A stretch of 64,000 nt of DNA from Eledone cirrhosa (Eukaryota). Location: positions 29,202,001 through 29,266,000 of the forward strand of contig OZ024743.1 of assembly GCA_964016885.1 (NCBI GenBank), written 5' to 3'. Of this stretch, positions 15,520-29,598 are shown one piece after another. The stretch's first letter is position 1. The number at the start of each line of letters is the position of its first letter. Under the pieces are notes generated by a model. That model did not search any database, was not told the DNA's origin, and saw only the letters and a program-made list of their open reading frames with translations. The position numbers and the translations under genes were made by a program.

Positions 15520-18500
15520 TCATATAATAAAAGTCTGGAAGAGTTCTTTGGGCCAGTGGACTCTTCGGCCGGAACGGGTCGTGGTCTTGTATCTTAGTGA
15601 TGGGGGGGGGGGGGGGGGGGGCAAAGAAACTGGTGTGTCTGTAAAAGCGAAAGATGCGGGTGTATGTGGCTCAGGTGTGTGAGCATCTGTATGGGCCCGT
15701 TTAAGTCTATCAACCGCAATGGTCTTTCTGGATCCCTTAATGTCTACAGTGAAATGTTTATCAGAACGAGTTAATACACGGTAGGGTCCAGAGTCCGGTT
15801 GTGTGAGCGGTGGTCTCACAGCATCGTTTCTTACGAACACATGGGTCCACGAGGCAATATCCCTCGGGACTGCAGATTTTACAGTTTGTTTCCTCGTATC
15901 CATCAGCGGCAGGTCCTGAAAATAAGAACGCAGACGGGATACGTAGGAAAGCGGATCTTGTGCAGCAAGATCGACAGGGGCAAGCATTTGCCCAGGTAAC
16001 GCTAGAGAAGCACCATACAATAATTCGGCCGGGGAGAACCCAAGGCCCTCCTTTATTGATGACCGAATCCCCAACAACACAATAGGGAGGTACTCGCTCC
16101 AACGCGTAGAGTCAGGAGAAGTCCGTAGGTCGGCTTTTAGTTGACGGTGGAAGCGCTCCACCATTCCATTAGATGCAGGATGATATGCAGTCGTTCGGAT
16201 GCGTTTAGCGCCAATGATCTTCGTCAATTCGGAGAGAGATTCGATTCAAACTGTCTTCCACGGTCCGTTGTAATCGTGGTTGGCACTCCAAAGCGGGCAA
16301 TCCATCCTGATACTAGGGTACGCGCTGTCGTTTCAGCAGTGATGTCTTTCAAGGGGATGGCTTCAGGCCATCGCGAAAAACGATCAATAACAGTCAATAG
16401 ATAAGTATGACCACCTCTGACTGGACAAGGTCCCACGATGTCCACATGAATGTGCTGGAAACGGGCTTCCGGTGTACTGAAAGTACCGAGCGGAGACTTT
16501 ATGGATATTCGATTTCTGGCAAGCGATGCAGGAACGGCACCAAGCAGTAATATCGCGCCTCATATTTGGCCAGAAGAATCTGGCTGTTATGAGCTTTACT
16601 GTGGCAGAAGATCCTGGGTGTGAAATGCTGTGTAAAGCAAGAAACACAGTACGATGGTGGTTTAGCGGGACGAATGGTCTCGGTGAATCCACGGAAACGT
16701 CGCAGAGAATCTGTCCGTCTGCGGTGGGCAATGGTAGGTATTTCAAATTACTCGTCGCAAATTCGCCTGATGTAATATCCAACAATTCCAGTGCAGGTTG
16801 GTCTGCTGCCAAGTGATTTAAATCGATGTCGTGGGATGACACAATCGAACTGATCGGCAATCGAGACAGGGCGTCAGCCGCTGTGTTCAATGAGCCTGGA
16901 ATGTGTTGGATGTCGTTTGTGAATTGCGAGATAAAGTCGAGATGCCTTGTTTCTCTGGGCGAGTACTTGTCGGATTTTGCCCTTAAAGCGAAGGTCAAAG
17001 GTTTATGGTCAGTATAGATTGTAAAACACCTTCCTTCGAGAATATGTGAAAAATGTTTCACGGAAAGGTAGATGGCTAACAGCTCCCGGCCAAAGGTGCT
17101 GTAACGAGTTTCTGCAGGCTTCAACTTCCTGGAGAAAAATTCCAATGGGTGTTGGTGATCGTCACCACTCTGTTGTAAGACTGCACCCACTGCAGTATCC
17201 GACGCACCAACACAAAGCGAAAGCTTGGCATTGGACACTGGGTGGGCCAGCAAAGATGCACTAGCCAATGCTGATTTGGCTTTTTGAAAATCCTCGAGCT
17301 GAGTCTGAGTCAAAAAGATTTCCTTGTTCTTCTTGCGGCAATTTTTCAGAATCTCAGTAAGAGAGAAGAGTAGATTAGCACAATGCGGAACAAAACGTCT
17401 ATAAAAATTTATCAGTCCTAGGAATTGTCGCAACTGACGAAGTAAGGTCGGCGGAGGCAAATCCTCTATAGCCTGAACTCGTTGAGGGAGGGGTCGAATA
17501 CCCTCGCAGTCAATGACATGACCTAAAAAATTCAGTGATTCCGCACCGAAAACACATATTGTGGGATTTATTTGAACACTGTAATCCTTGAGTTGACAAA
17601 ACAAAAGATTCAAATGACGTATGTGTTCTTCTCTGGAGGAACTAGCAATAAGTAAATCATCAATATAAGTGTAGACGAAGTCTAAACCACGAGTGACCTC
17701 ATCCATGAACCGTTGAAAGGTGCTAGCAGCATTCCTAAGTTCGAAAGGCATGGTAAGAAATTCGAATGATCCAGATGGAGTCGTAATGGCCGTTTTCGGA
17801 ATATCTTATTTCTTGACAGGTATTTGATGATAGGCTCGCACCAAATCGAGCTTCGAGAACATTTTACATCCCTGCAACGATGATGCAAAATCTTGCAGGT
17901 GTGGGATAGGGTATCTATCCGGGACAGTTATAGCATTTAACTTCCTATAATCACCAGTGGGTCTCCAGTCGCCAGAAGTCTTGGGTACCATGTGCAACCG
18001 AGAAGGCCAAGGGCTCGTAGAAGGGCGAATTATGCCAAGCTGCAGCATGTGGTCGAACTCGGACCGTGCTGCCTTCAATTTGTCCGCAGGCAAGCGACGA
18101 GGACGTGAGAACACTGGGGCGCCAGTTGTAGAGATAAACTGCTCCGTTGTCTGAGTCGGTTCGACAACACGAAAATTTCCCTGAGTAAGCTGCGGGAAAG
18201 AATTCAACAATGTATGATAGGTATTCCCAGCATTAGCGATGAAAAAGGTCGGGCTGACTGTTGGAAAATTAGCTTTCTGGCCACGAAGAGAAAAACCAGT
18301 AATGCCGTCTACTAGGCGCCGGCCACGGACGGCTACCGTCAATGCAAAATGGTGTAGAAAATCCGCTCCCAAGATCGGATATGGTAGGTCAGCAACCGTA
18401 AAAATCCATTTGAATTCTTGTCGAAGATTTCTGAATTGCAGAGGAAGCCAGATTTGTCCAAAAGTCCGTATCGGCGAATGATTGACAGCTTGTAGATACA

Positions 18501-18615
18501 TTGCTGACTCAAGAGGAGTTTCTTTAACTCAGTTCAACGGCCAAATGCTGCAGGAGGCCCCCGTATCTACGAGGAAAGATCTTCCGGACAGGAAATCCTG
18601 AATAAAGAAGTGGCG
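15520..18615 (-). pseudogene. pol: Gypsy pol (protease, RT, RNase H, integrase), broken into ORFs 17806-18501, 16384-17751, 16224-16445, 15520-16227
   Basis: Protease FLVDTGAS followed by an in-frame [24 protein letters not shown]. RNase H TDHKPL, ADALSR. Integrase [31 protein letters not shown]. Confidence 0.95.
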
Positions 18616-18637
18616 GTTTGGGTGTGTAGCACAGAGA

Positions 18638-19444
18638 TCAGCTGCCGCCTAGAGTGACTCTGGTCTGCGTTTCCCGAAGTTGAATAGTTACACGGTGGCC
18701 GGCAGTGTTTTGCTTTATCAGCGAAGGTGGCATGATACCAGCAAAAAGACGAATTGCTGCGGGAAAGCTGGCGTTACGGCGTGAAGTCGCGAAGGAACAC
18801 GAACGACTTCTTAGCCGCCTGGGAGATGGCCTACTCTCCCTACATAATTTAGCGACTTGACGCGTCAATGCACCAATCGCCTTCAACATGGCATACTCGA
18901 GTGTCGAGACGGGTTGGTTCGGAAAAGTCGAAGAGGCAACAAGCGAGTCCAACGAGGTAGCTTTCCTAGAGAATTCCACAATTCGATCAGCAGACGCAGC
19001 GATCTGCTCCACCGAGCTCGAGTCCACTATGGTAGCCAATATAATCTGTACATTGTTTGGCAAGCGAGAACAAAATAGCTTTTTGATAAATGAACTATCC
19101 TCATCGGGCGATTCACTGAGGTCCCGAATGTGGCGTAAAAATTCGGACGGCGACCTGTCGCCTAAACACTCGTCCTCCAATAATACACGAAACCTGCTTT
19201 CAGCAGAACGGCATTTTCTCCTTAATATTTCCGTCCTCAACGAATCATACGAAGTACCGGATGGCGGATCCGTTATTAAATCTTTCACCGTGATGGCGAG
19301 CGACGAAGGTATACCACTAATCCAAACATTGAGTTTCTGCTCTGTTTTAATTCCATTTGCAGCAAAATATGCATCCAGTTGCGCAAACCAGAGCTTGGGA
19401 TCACCGGAGAACGCAGGTAAATTAGGACTACTCATTATTAGCAT
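18638..19444 (-). pseudogene. gag: Gypsy gag (frameshifted near its C-terminus)
   Basis: LPAF..DPKLWFAQ and LGDRSPSEFLR motifs. CWYHATFADKAKHCRPPC knuckle lies in a shifted frame at ~18690-18745. Confidence 0.9.
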
Positions 19445-19802
19445 GTATCAGTTCCACATAAAAAATACTAATTCAAGGTAGAAAAATTAAATGTTTTTTT
19501 CTCTTTTTTTTTTTAATTGGAGAAGGAGATGGCATCACATGATGCGTCTCAGCCAATCAGATGGCTGCATTTCGGAGAAGAAAGACAATTGGCGGGAAAA
19601 TTGGTGGACCAGTGAGCCATTGTGAATTTTTTTTTTTGTGTTAAACGAACAATTTTCAATTTCGTTATTTTCGCATAGTTGCAAGAAATAAAATATTAGT
19701 TTGGTTAATTTTTTTTCTATGTTTCTCTAGAAGTGTTTAGAAGTCTTTTAGAAGTTTTTCGAATTTTTTTTTAGAAGTTTTTTTTAGAAGGCTGTGTAAT
19801 GC

Positions 19803-19819
19803 ATAATCGGAGTCAACCA
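19803..19819 (-). promoter_or_regulatory. Primer-binding site, tRNA-Trp-like (degenerate)
   Basis: Minus strand TGGTTGACTCCGATTAT one base after the LTR end, similar to the tRNA-Trp PBS TGGTGACCCCGACGTGAT. Confidence 0.7.
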
Positions 19820-19820
19820 C

Positions 19821-19968
19821 TTTAGACGACGTGTATTTGTGTATTTATGACTTGCAAAAATATTTAGAAGAATACGAATGACTGGTGCGTGTTTCTACAA
19901 TCAGCTCCAAGAAAAATGCGTGTTGTCGCTCTGCATTTTTTTTTGCCGGAGTGTCTGTGTTATTTTTA
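19821..19968 (-). repeat. 5' LTR, truncated (lacks ~55 bp of its outer end)
   Basis: Aligns to 15057-15203 with about 9 substitutions and a small indel. Homology stops abruptly at 19968. Confidence 0.9.
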
Positions 19969-21482
19969 ACTCATAGATCTATAATATTTTCAAAACTGAT
20001 TCCCACAAACCATTCTTGTTTCGTATTTAAAAGATATCTTTTATATTTAGTGTTCTTGGTGACATTATACGAAGCTCAAGTATAGCCCACTCTAAAGAAC
20101 TGTTAATATAAATGGTTTGGTGGTGGTGCTGTTACAAACAAAAATATAATGGATAGCATACATATTTTCTCCGGCTATTTATTAAAGCCTCAATTATGAA
20201 ATATCTACAATTACAGACGAATAATTTCTTTTTATCAGTTTTTCTTGTGGCTGCATTATAACTTCTTTTTGATGATATAGAGAACACACATTTTCATCAT
20301 ATTTCAAATGGCATCCTAAAATGCTCATCTCACTTGTGCTCTAATGTATTAGATATACTTCAAATAGAGATAAGACATTCGTTACTAACAGCTACCTGAA
20401 CTTATTTAAGCCGTTCTTAATCCTCCAGTAACTATAATAGCATTAATACCTCATCCAACGTTGATTTGTCTTCGTGTTGTTTAATCAGGGGAACTTTGAT
20501 CATTTAGCCAGACTTACACTAATCTGTGACCATTTCATATTTTCGAGTTTATCTATGTTTTTATAATCTAATGTATACTTTCCATTTTTAAGATAGCATA
20601 GTATGATTTGATAGGAGTGGGATTTCGGCTTCTTATTCTAGAAGGCTGAACGGACACACAGAAGTTCCTACATTGGCTAGTTAGAAATAATTAAGTCGCA
20701 TAAATATATACTATATATCCATTCCAGAATTTATTGCATTATATTTTAATGAGTATTCCTGCAAATTTTAGCCATTAATTTGTAATTTGGTTATATTACT
20801 GGGATTAATTTTCCTTGAAAAAGTAACATTTAGCTGTTATGAGCAATAGTAAAAATAGAGCGGCAAACACAAGATGTACGAAGTAGAATTGTTGATATTG
20901 AAACAGGAAGCGGTTCAATTAAAGAGCATAGAAACAGCCATATACTTAATCTGAATACAAATAGAACAAAACTCTCTGTCGTTTAATCATTATCAAGCTC
21001 TTCTGGTAAACGATAGTTACAGTTCTAATTAATGGGTTTCTTGTTTTTCTTTTCATTCTTGACAGTAATGCTAAATTAGTAAGATTGTGAATTTAACTGA
21101 CACTGGGATATAGTTTCAACGTTTTAGTATTACAAGAACAGTTAATTCTGCAGGTTGATCACTGGTTTTATCATTGGAGATCGGCCGTGCTAGGAAACGA
21201 CAATGAAACGTTTTAGTCAACTATAACCATGCTAGTACTCTGTCTTGAAATTATGTTCTCCATAACTGAAGAATGGCCCCATGAGTCGAACTGGTTAGTA
21301 CTTGAACTTAGAACGTAAAACAGTTGTAGCCAGATACAACACAGTCTTTCGTCCGACACTGAAGCAATTCTACTACATCCTTGAATTGATATATATATAT
21401 AAATAGATAGATAGATAGATAGATAATAAATGAAACAAACAAAGCACAGGAGGCAATTTTACACAGTTATATTAGAGTCATG

Positions 21483-21519
<37 letters not shown>

Positions 21520-22435
21520 TTTCTGAATTTGTTTAGCAAGATTCTTTATCTGAAAAACAAGATCACGTAGGACAGAACAAAGGAGAGGCACAAAAACAAA
21601 GAAAAGAATCCCCAGTCACCGAAGAGGTCACAGAATGTGTGACGAAAGAACTTTAACAATATATAAACAATCATCTGGTTGTGGAACCAACCAACCAACC
21701 GGAAATTTATAAATTCCTAAATTTATAAATTTATTATAATAAATTGAAGTGAAAGCAACTGGTGCGTGTGTTTCTTATTGGCAACATGTCCCTCCCAAAG
21801 TATAACAATATATATATATATGGATATATATATATATACAGTATATTCTTCTGCTGGTCATGCAGAGGCATTGCATAGATTGAGTTGATCATATCGACCA
21901 TAGTATTTATTTTCTCAATGTTTTTTTGTCGTATTGCTATGTTGTGGGGCATAAATCGCAGATTCCATCACAAACTGAAGAATTCCTGAGATCCAATCTC
22001 TTGTGCGAAACTGCATGACAAGCGATCGGAGGGCTTCCAGATAGTACTAGTCATGACCGATCTCCAGTTATCACGGTATTCAGTAACTCTTGTTTGTTGT
22101 AGTATTGAAATGAAAATGTGATCAGTAAGCAGTAAAGTACTTCACACACTGGCTACCTAACAGCAACTGACGTATGCTGTGAGCTCGCAATAAACCACGC
22201 ATGCGCATACATCTATGCAGTTCCACTCTGCATATTTTAATTTCTCTAACCTTAATTCGTCCCACGTAGAAAAAGGTAATTTATACCTATATATAACGAA
22301 GGAAGTGTGGTAAGTAACCAGTTGGACCATAACGCACATAGTACTCGATACTGGGTAGTAGAGTGGGTAATAGGAAAAGAGTCAGACCTAGCTGTCGAGA
22401 CGGCCGGAGCTCAGCCGTCGGGTCCTGACTCTTTT

Positions 22436-22507
<72 letters not shown>

Positions 22508-22545
22508 TGTATATATATATATATAAATATATATATATAAATATG

Positions 22546-22579
<34 letters not shown>

Positions 22580-22644
22580 AATATGTATATATATATATAT
22601 ATAAATATGTATATATATATATATATATATAAATATGTATATAA

Positions 22645-22705
<61 letters not shown>

Positions 22706-23236
22706 AGTAGGACCTCCTAACAACGTTTTGCACGGCGAACCACCTGTAACTGTAGTTACATACACACGCACACATACATATTAACATGGGCGACATTTGA
22801 ACTGCGAACATGACGCATTGAATATTATTAAATATCAGAAGGGCATCGCCCTGATTAAACACACCCACCGAATTGCGGTTCCATATAATGTAACCATTTT
22901 AATATTACCCAAACCAGGTAGGCAGTTGGAGAAACCTTGTTCTGAGTATGATTCCTGTGTTACAAAGATGAATTAGAACCTTTGTAAAGAATACAAACAA
23001 AACATTATTCATCAATCAGTTTACAAGTAAATATTTAAAGTACGATACGTCGTAAACAGTGTCATAAATATTCTTTCGTTTGTTTATATATTTATAACGG
23101 ATTCTAGCAGATCTATCAAACGTGATGTATAGGAAGAGAATAAACATTTCTAAAAATCATGAAAAATAGTGCGAGCAAATGGCATTATAAACACGATGCA
23201 TTTGTTTATATAAATATTCCTAATCTCAATCATATA

Positions 23237-23336
<100 letters not shown>

Positions 23337-23558
23337 GTTGAAAATTGCAAACTTGTCTGTCACCACACATTATGAACCTGAAGATTGCGAAAGCATGAAA
23401 GTACTTGTTCAATTAACACTTAACATTTAATATTCTATCATACTATTTCATTATAATACCATTATAAATTTTAAAGGATTGTAAATAAAACGAGTAAATC
23501 AGACAAAGTTGGAATTCCTCTTATTAATATAATCTTCTATACACAATCATACACACCC

Positions 23559-23630
<72 letters not shown>

Positions 23631-23844
23631 GTCTCTCTCTCTCACTCTGTCTCTCTCTTTCTCTCTCTCTCTCTATCTATCTCTCTCTATATATCATTTT
23701 TAATCAGGCCGTGCTAATGTACTGTTTTGCATGTGTTTGTACAGGGTCGACCCTGTGAAAACACAAGTGTAATTCCAGAGTAATATAACGCTGATTTAAC
23801 CTTAATAACCATTAGTAATCTCTATTTAACCGAATAATTTTAAT

Positions 23845-24018
23845 AATTGTTTCTACTTTTGCCACAAGGCCAGCAATTACTCAGTGTATTACTGGTACTT
23901 TATTTTATCGACCCCGTAAGGATGAAAGGGAAAGTTAACCTCAGAATGGCAAGGGGTGTAACTCTATGCATCAAAGCATGGCGTCCGACCCTCTACCGAT
24001 ACTGCCAATCCACCGCCC
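23845..24018 (-). mobile_element. SINE family A (B-box deleted)
   Basis: Family match. AACCTCAGAAT junction removes the segment between two CTC motifs. Confidence 0.85.
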
Positions 24019-24042
24019 TAATAATTTTAATAATGGCCCTGA

Positions 24043-24109
<67 letters not shown>

Positions 24110-24707
24110 AATAATGGAGCTGCGGCGCTGCAAATGGGTTACATATGAAAAAGTTTGTCCTCATTAGTGGCCTTCCAACCGTCGTAGGCATTTCGTCGCA
24201 TTAAAGGCCATATACCTCAGGTTGGTGCGAGCAACGGCTAAAAAAAGTCGTTGGGACACGTAAGTAAGGGGGACGCTAGGGTAAACAAACAAAATGGTTT
24301 AAGCAACAGAAAGTGATGAATAAGAAATAAGTCCCAGATTTCTATGAATATAAATTCGGTGGAATCGTGAACGAGAGAATAAAGACCATCAAACCTGGTT
24401 GAAATGTGAGCAAGGAAGGATTTTCGCACAGGTCTAACGGGAGGAAGAAGGGGTCTGATCTGCGAATTCGGTAAACATAAGTTCTGTGAAGTCGCAGACG
24501 AGAGAGAGAGAAAAAAAAATTCATACCGGCTTGGCCAAGCGCCCGCGAGAAAAGGATTACGGACAGGTCAAACGGGAAGAAAGGGGAGGAGGAGAGGTAG
24601 TGACAGAGAGTGAGTGAGTGAAAGGTGAGGAAGAGGCTAACAGAGAGAGAGAGATTGCTAGAAAGGGTAAAGACACAAAGAACGAAACAGACTGGTTCAG
24701 CGGAGGA

Positions 24708-24763
<56 letters not shown>

Positions 24764-25001
24764 CTGATATAAACAGGTGTTCTGATCCTCAACTCATTCA
24801 CCCTGTCCAGAACCCAATGAAACTTATGTACCTGTTTATATCACTGTTGTAATTATTTATACTAAACTCGTCTTATGAACTGAGTGTTCTTACCCTTTTA
24901 TATTTCTACCAAACTTTTACTATAGTATATATATGCCTATATATTTCTATTATTCGTTTCGTGTTCTAGCCGACAGGCTGAGACCGTGCTGGGGCACAGC
25001 C

Positions 25002-25076
<75 letters not shown>

Positions 25077-25257
25077 GTATATATATAAACAATAGCAATA
25101 AATGGAAAATTTCACTATCGCATCATATTTATTTTATTATACATATTTCAAGGAAACTAAATTATAGTATGCTTTCCTCATAAAAAATACAATATTTGAT
25201 GCATAAGATAGTGACATATCCAAAATATAGACCTCTCCGGTCAGCTTACAATGGATA

Positions 25258-25317
<60 letters not shown>

Positions 25318-25836
25318 TAAATATAGTGGGGTATTTAGAAGGATTTAATGCCAGAGGCACAAAAGCTGACTTAATTCTCCGACCTATCTTCCTATATATA
25401 ACTGCGCAATGGAAGCTAAGCCACGTGGGTGGATAATTCGTTTCAGAGCACATCATAGGAATACTAGGCACTTATCAACAGGTAGTCTTCCTGAAAGCCG
25501 GTCTTGTCTAGTCGACAGAGGCAAGTTTTACGACTGCTATCGACCGTTATCTGACAAGAAAAGGACCATCGGGGTGTCTGTGTGTGTATATATATATAAC
25601 TGAATAAGAACTTTTAAAACCTTTTCTCATTTTGTTGGATGTGTTAAGATACGTGATGGCCTAATTCTTCTTTTCTATCTACCCATCCATGAACTCATAA
25701 CTCTTGTTCGAGTCCTAGGGACGCAGACGTGTCTTCGGTGTTTAAACCTGGTGGATCCCATCCCTCTCCAGATCTGGACTTAACAGACTTCTTCCGGAGA
25801 AATGAAAAAGAGAGTTCTACTTAGATCCAATATTTT

Positions 25837-25951
25837 AGAAGAAGAAGAAGACGAAAAAGAAGAAATAGTTGAAAAAGAAGAAGAAGAAGAAGAAGAAGAA
25901 GAAGAAGAAGAAGAAGAAGAAGAAGAAGAAGAAGAAGAAGAAGAAGAAGAA
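25837..25951. repeat. (GAA)n microsatellite
   Basis: Direct. Confidence 0.95.
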
Positions 25952-26531
25952 GCCGACGACGAAGCTGGAAAATTATATTTCCTTTGTTTGTTATGTGCTA
26001 TCAACCAATCGGACCTTCACAATGCTTGCAATCGACCACTTGTTTTAGCCCATCAATAACTAATATATATATATATAAACACATATGCATTTGTGTGTAT
26101 GTATTGTTAAAGATAATTATTATCATATGCAACGTACACCGAGAAAATAAAGGAGTCAATGCATGTAACGGAGAATAATATTTGTTACCAATTTATTGAG
26201 AATGAGCTCGAATTTTCTCCACGTCGGTGCCAGAAAAAATACTGGACAACCTTTCTATACACATATGCATAAATAACAGTCACATTCATATTTTAACTGA
26301 TTACTTTATGATGGTCATAAAATGTTACTTATTATATAAGTGTATATGAAAAATACTTAATAAAAAGAACAAACCAGAACACAGTCGTGATTTTACTATA
26401 CATTGTGTGTGTATATGTATATGAAGAAATATATATATTTATGTATACAAACACATACGCATATTACACACTTATATACACGTACACACACACACAAATT
26501 CACACATACACACACTCACACACATATATAT

Positions 26532-26654
<123 letters not shown>

Positions 26655-26731
26655 TCGCTAAGACCTAAGACAATATTAAAAGCTAATTAAACTGTTAGTT
26701 ATCGCCATTAAACATATAGAAACGAACGAAC

Positions 26732-26856
26732 AGAAGAAGAAGAAGAAGAAGAAGAAGAAGAAGAAGAAGAAGAAGAAGAAGAAGAAGACGAAAAAGGAGA
26801 AGAAAAAGAAGAAGAAAAAGACGAAGAAGAAGACGAAGAAGAAGAAAAAAGAAATA

Positions 26857-26891
<35 letters not shown>

Positions 26892-26986
26892 AGACGAAGA
26901 AGAAGACGAAGATGAAAAAAGAAATAGAAGAAGAAGAAGAAGAAGAAGAAGAAGAAGAAGAAGAAGAAGAAGAAGAAGAAGAAGAC
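26732..26986. repeat. (GAA)n-rich microsatellite
   Basis: Direct. Confidence 0.95.
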
Positions 26987-27634
26987 GGAACAGGATAATA
27001 GCAGTAACAAATAAAACAAAAGTAAATACAAGAAAGAAAAGCAAACGAAAGAAAGATAAAAGTATCTAGACATGACTAATTCTTATCTAAGAATAAATGC
27101 GCTCGTGTTCTGTAATTACGGTGCCTTGCGAATTTGGAAAACTCAACAACTATATATATATATTGCTCTATAAATATATCAAATGCTGGGTCAGACCAGA
27201 CCAGATGGATATTGATTTTTACATCGGATTTACTTTGCAAGTTCTCTCCACGAGTTCTCTAGAAAATTACTATTGTTTTCTTTAAAAAAAAGAAATTATG
27301 ACAGCTCTTAAGACATGTTCTGACATCTGTTTTAGAAGTTGAGTTGGGAATTCCATACATGGTAGCTATTGCTAAAACACATGTTACGCCCTGCAGCGTT
27401 TTATTGTTTTCATTGATGTTGTTGTTGTTGCTGTTGCAGTTGTTTATGTTGTTTTTGGTGTCATTGGTACTTTTTTTTTCTAGCAGACATATGAAGAAGC
27501 GCATTCAAATTGTGACCACCAAACCTTTATTCTTTTTCTGACAATGGTCTCCGGGCTACACTAACCAATGTGTCCTTAATTTTTTAAAGACGATATGTAT
27601 GTGTTTGTGTGAGGAGGAGTGTGAGTGTGTATTT

Positions 27635-27679
<45 letters not shown>

Positions 27680-28475
27680 AGAGAGAGAGAGAGTTAGAGA
27701 GAGGGATATATATATATATAAATAGCTAGAGAGAGAGTGTGTGTGTGTGTGTGTTGTGTTTGAGCGCGTATGTGTATGTGACTGTGCTTTCTTTGTTGTA
27801 TGTGATTTGAGTAAGATTTGGTTGCTGCTATTTCTAAAATGTCTCAGATCCATCATTGGCACGCAGATACAATTGTTGTTGTTGCTGTTCTCTCGTTGCC
27901 GATGGTTACGTTAATCTCACACTGCTAAGTTTTACCAAATTACTCACTTCTGCATGTGACATACAGAAATTTAATCTCTTTTAATCTTTTCAAGACGGAT
28001 TACTTAAAATTTATTTTCCTTCACCTTATCTCAATCTTTCGTTTTTTAAGTAGGTTTTTATTCATATTTTCCCTCTTTCTTTCTCATACTTTGTCCCATA
28101 CTCTTCCTTTTAATATATCTCTCATTCATTCGTTTTTTCTTTGTACCACCTATTCTCTTTCTTTATTCATTTAGAATTCATTCAAAAGTTTTATTTCCAT
28201 TGCCATTCATACATTTTTTAAAATTCAATCCGTCTTCATTATGTTTCATTTTCTTTATTTTTATTCTTTCTTTTTCTCTCTCCCTCTCTTCCTGCACTCT
28301 CTTTATTTCTATATTTCTCTGTCAAACTCGTTTTCTTCTCATTTTCATATTCACTATTTAAAGCATTACAACCAATGAATCAATGTAGGAACCTACCTAC
28401 ATGTGGTCTATAAACGTGTTAAACATAGCTTTCAAAACTTCCTCAAATCACACACTATTATTTAGAAAGTTGGAC

Positions 28476-28642
28476 ACCATGCTTTGCAGCATAGAGTTAC
28501 GGCCCTTTACTGTCTGAGTTCAAATCCCGCCGAGGTTAACTTTACCTTTCATCCTTACGGGGTAGATCAAATAATGCACCAGTAATCCACTGGGGTCGAT
28601 TTAATCGACTTTCCCCCTCCCCTTCAAATTACCGGCCTTGTG
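28476..28642 (+). mobile_element. SINE family A (5'-truncated)
   Basis: CTGAGTTCAAATCCCGCCGAGGTTAACTTT..CTTTCATCCTTACGGGG. Confidence 0.88.
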
Positions 28643-29246
28643 CCTATTCTAGAAATCATTATTTAAAAAGAAAAAAAATATTGAGACGTTTTCTCTGGTC
28701 ATAGGTATTTCATGGTCAGGATGAAACACACGATAAACGAATTGCTTACTTTATTCACATCAGTATAGAAGTAATCATAGAATACCCCTTTAGATACTTA
28801 TGTAAGACATTTTCTTTTCTGGATAGAGTTGAGATGTTGATAGAAACCGTTAAGATCAACGGAACACCCAAAACACTGCATACTTCACTCACATTGTAGA
28901 AAATCTTTGGCGAATCCAGAAACGACCCGGAAAGACTCCGACATTACGGAAACTGCTTTAGTTAACATTCTTACAGCCGAGCTAGTAAGGGCTGTGTGAA
29001 ATGTGTCACTCTGAGTCAGCCCCAAGAACAGTAAATGAACATTCAATACTTTGTTTTCCGAATGTATTTATCTGATTTCACACAGAATGATAGATTAGGG
29101 GGTGAATAAAGGGGCTAAGCAGATGTTTGAGAACAGAATTAAAATGATGAGAATGACGTGCGCCCTATATACCACAACACTTGAAAGGAGTAATAAGATA
29201 TTGGTAATAAAATAACAAATATCAATACGTGATACGATGATACCAA

Positions 29247-29598
29247 AGGGCGGTGAATTGGCAGTATCGGTAGAGGGTTGGACGCCATGCTTTCTAGCAT
29301 AGTTACGTCTCTTTACAGTCTGAGTTCAAATCCCGCCGAGGTTAACTTTGCCTTTCATCCTTACGGGGTCGATAAAATAAAGTACCAGTAATGTACTGGG
29401 TAATTGCTGGCGTTGTGCCTAAAGTAGAAACAATTATTTCTATTTCAAATTGGCGGTCGATTGGGAGTATCGGTAGAGAGTCTGGGTTCAAATCCTACCG
29501 AAGTTAATTTGCCTTTCATCCTTACAGGGTCGATAAAATAAAGTACCAGTAATACACTGGGATAATTGCTGGCCTTGTGCCAAACGTAGAAACAATTA
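29247..29598 (+). mobile_element. Two tandem SINE family A copies
   Basis: Full copy 29247-29436 and internally deleted copy 29452-29598. AATTATTTCTATTTCAAATT is duplicated after each. Confidence 0.9.

Larger units (their letters stand above)
15057..19968 (-). mobile_element. Ty3/Gypsy LTR retrotransposon (CsRN1/Kabuki-like clade), decayed, 5' LTR truncated
   Basis: gag-PR-RT-RNaseH-IN domain order on minus strand. Two LTR copies, PBS and PPT present. CHCC gag knuckle. Several stops and frameshifts. Confidence 0.96.

Noticed and set aside
15761-19481. Antisense and alternative-frame ORFs within the Gypsy element
   Set aside because: Shadow ORFs of gag/pol with no independent motifs. No env-like ORF fits between integrase and the PPT.
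19969-20400. Coding-like sequence flanking the 5' LTR
   Set aside because: Stops in every frame examined and no recognisable motif.
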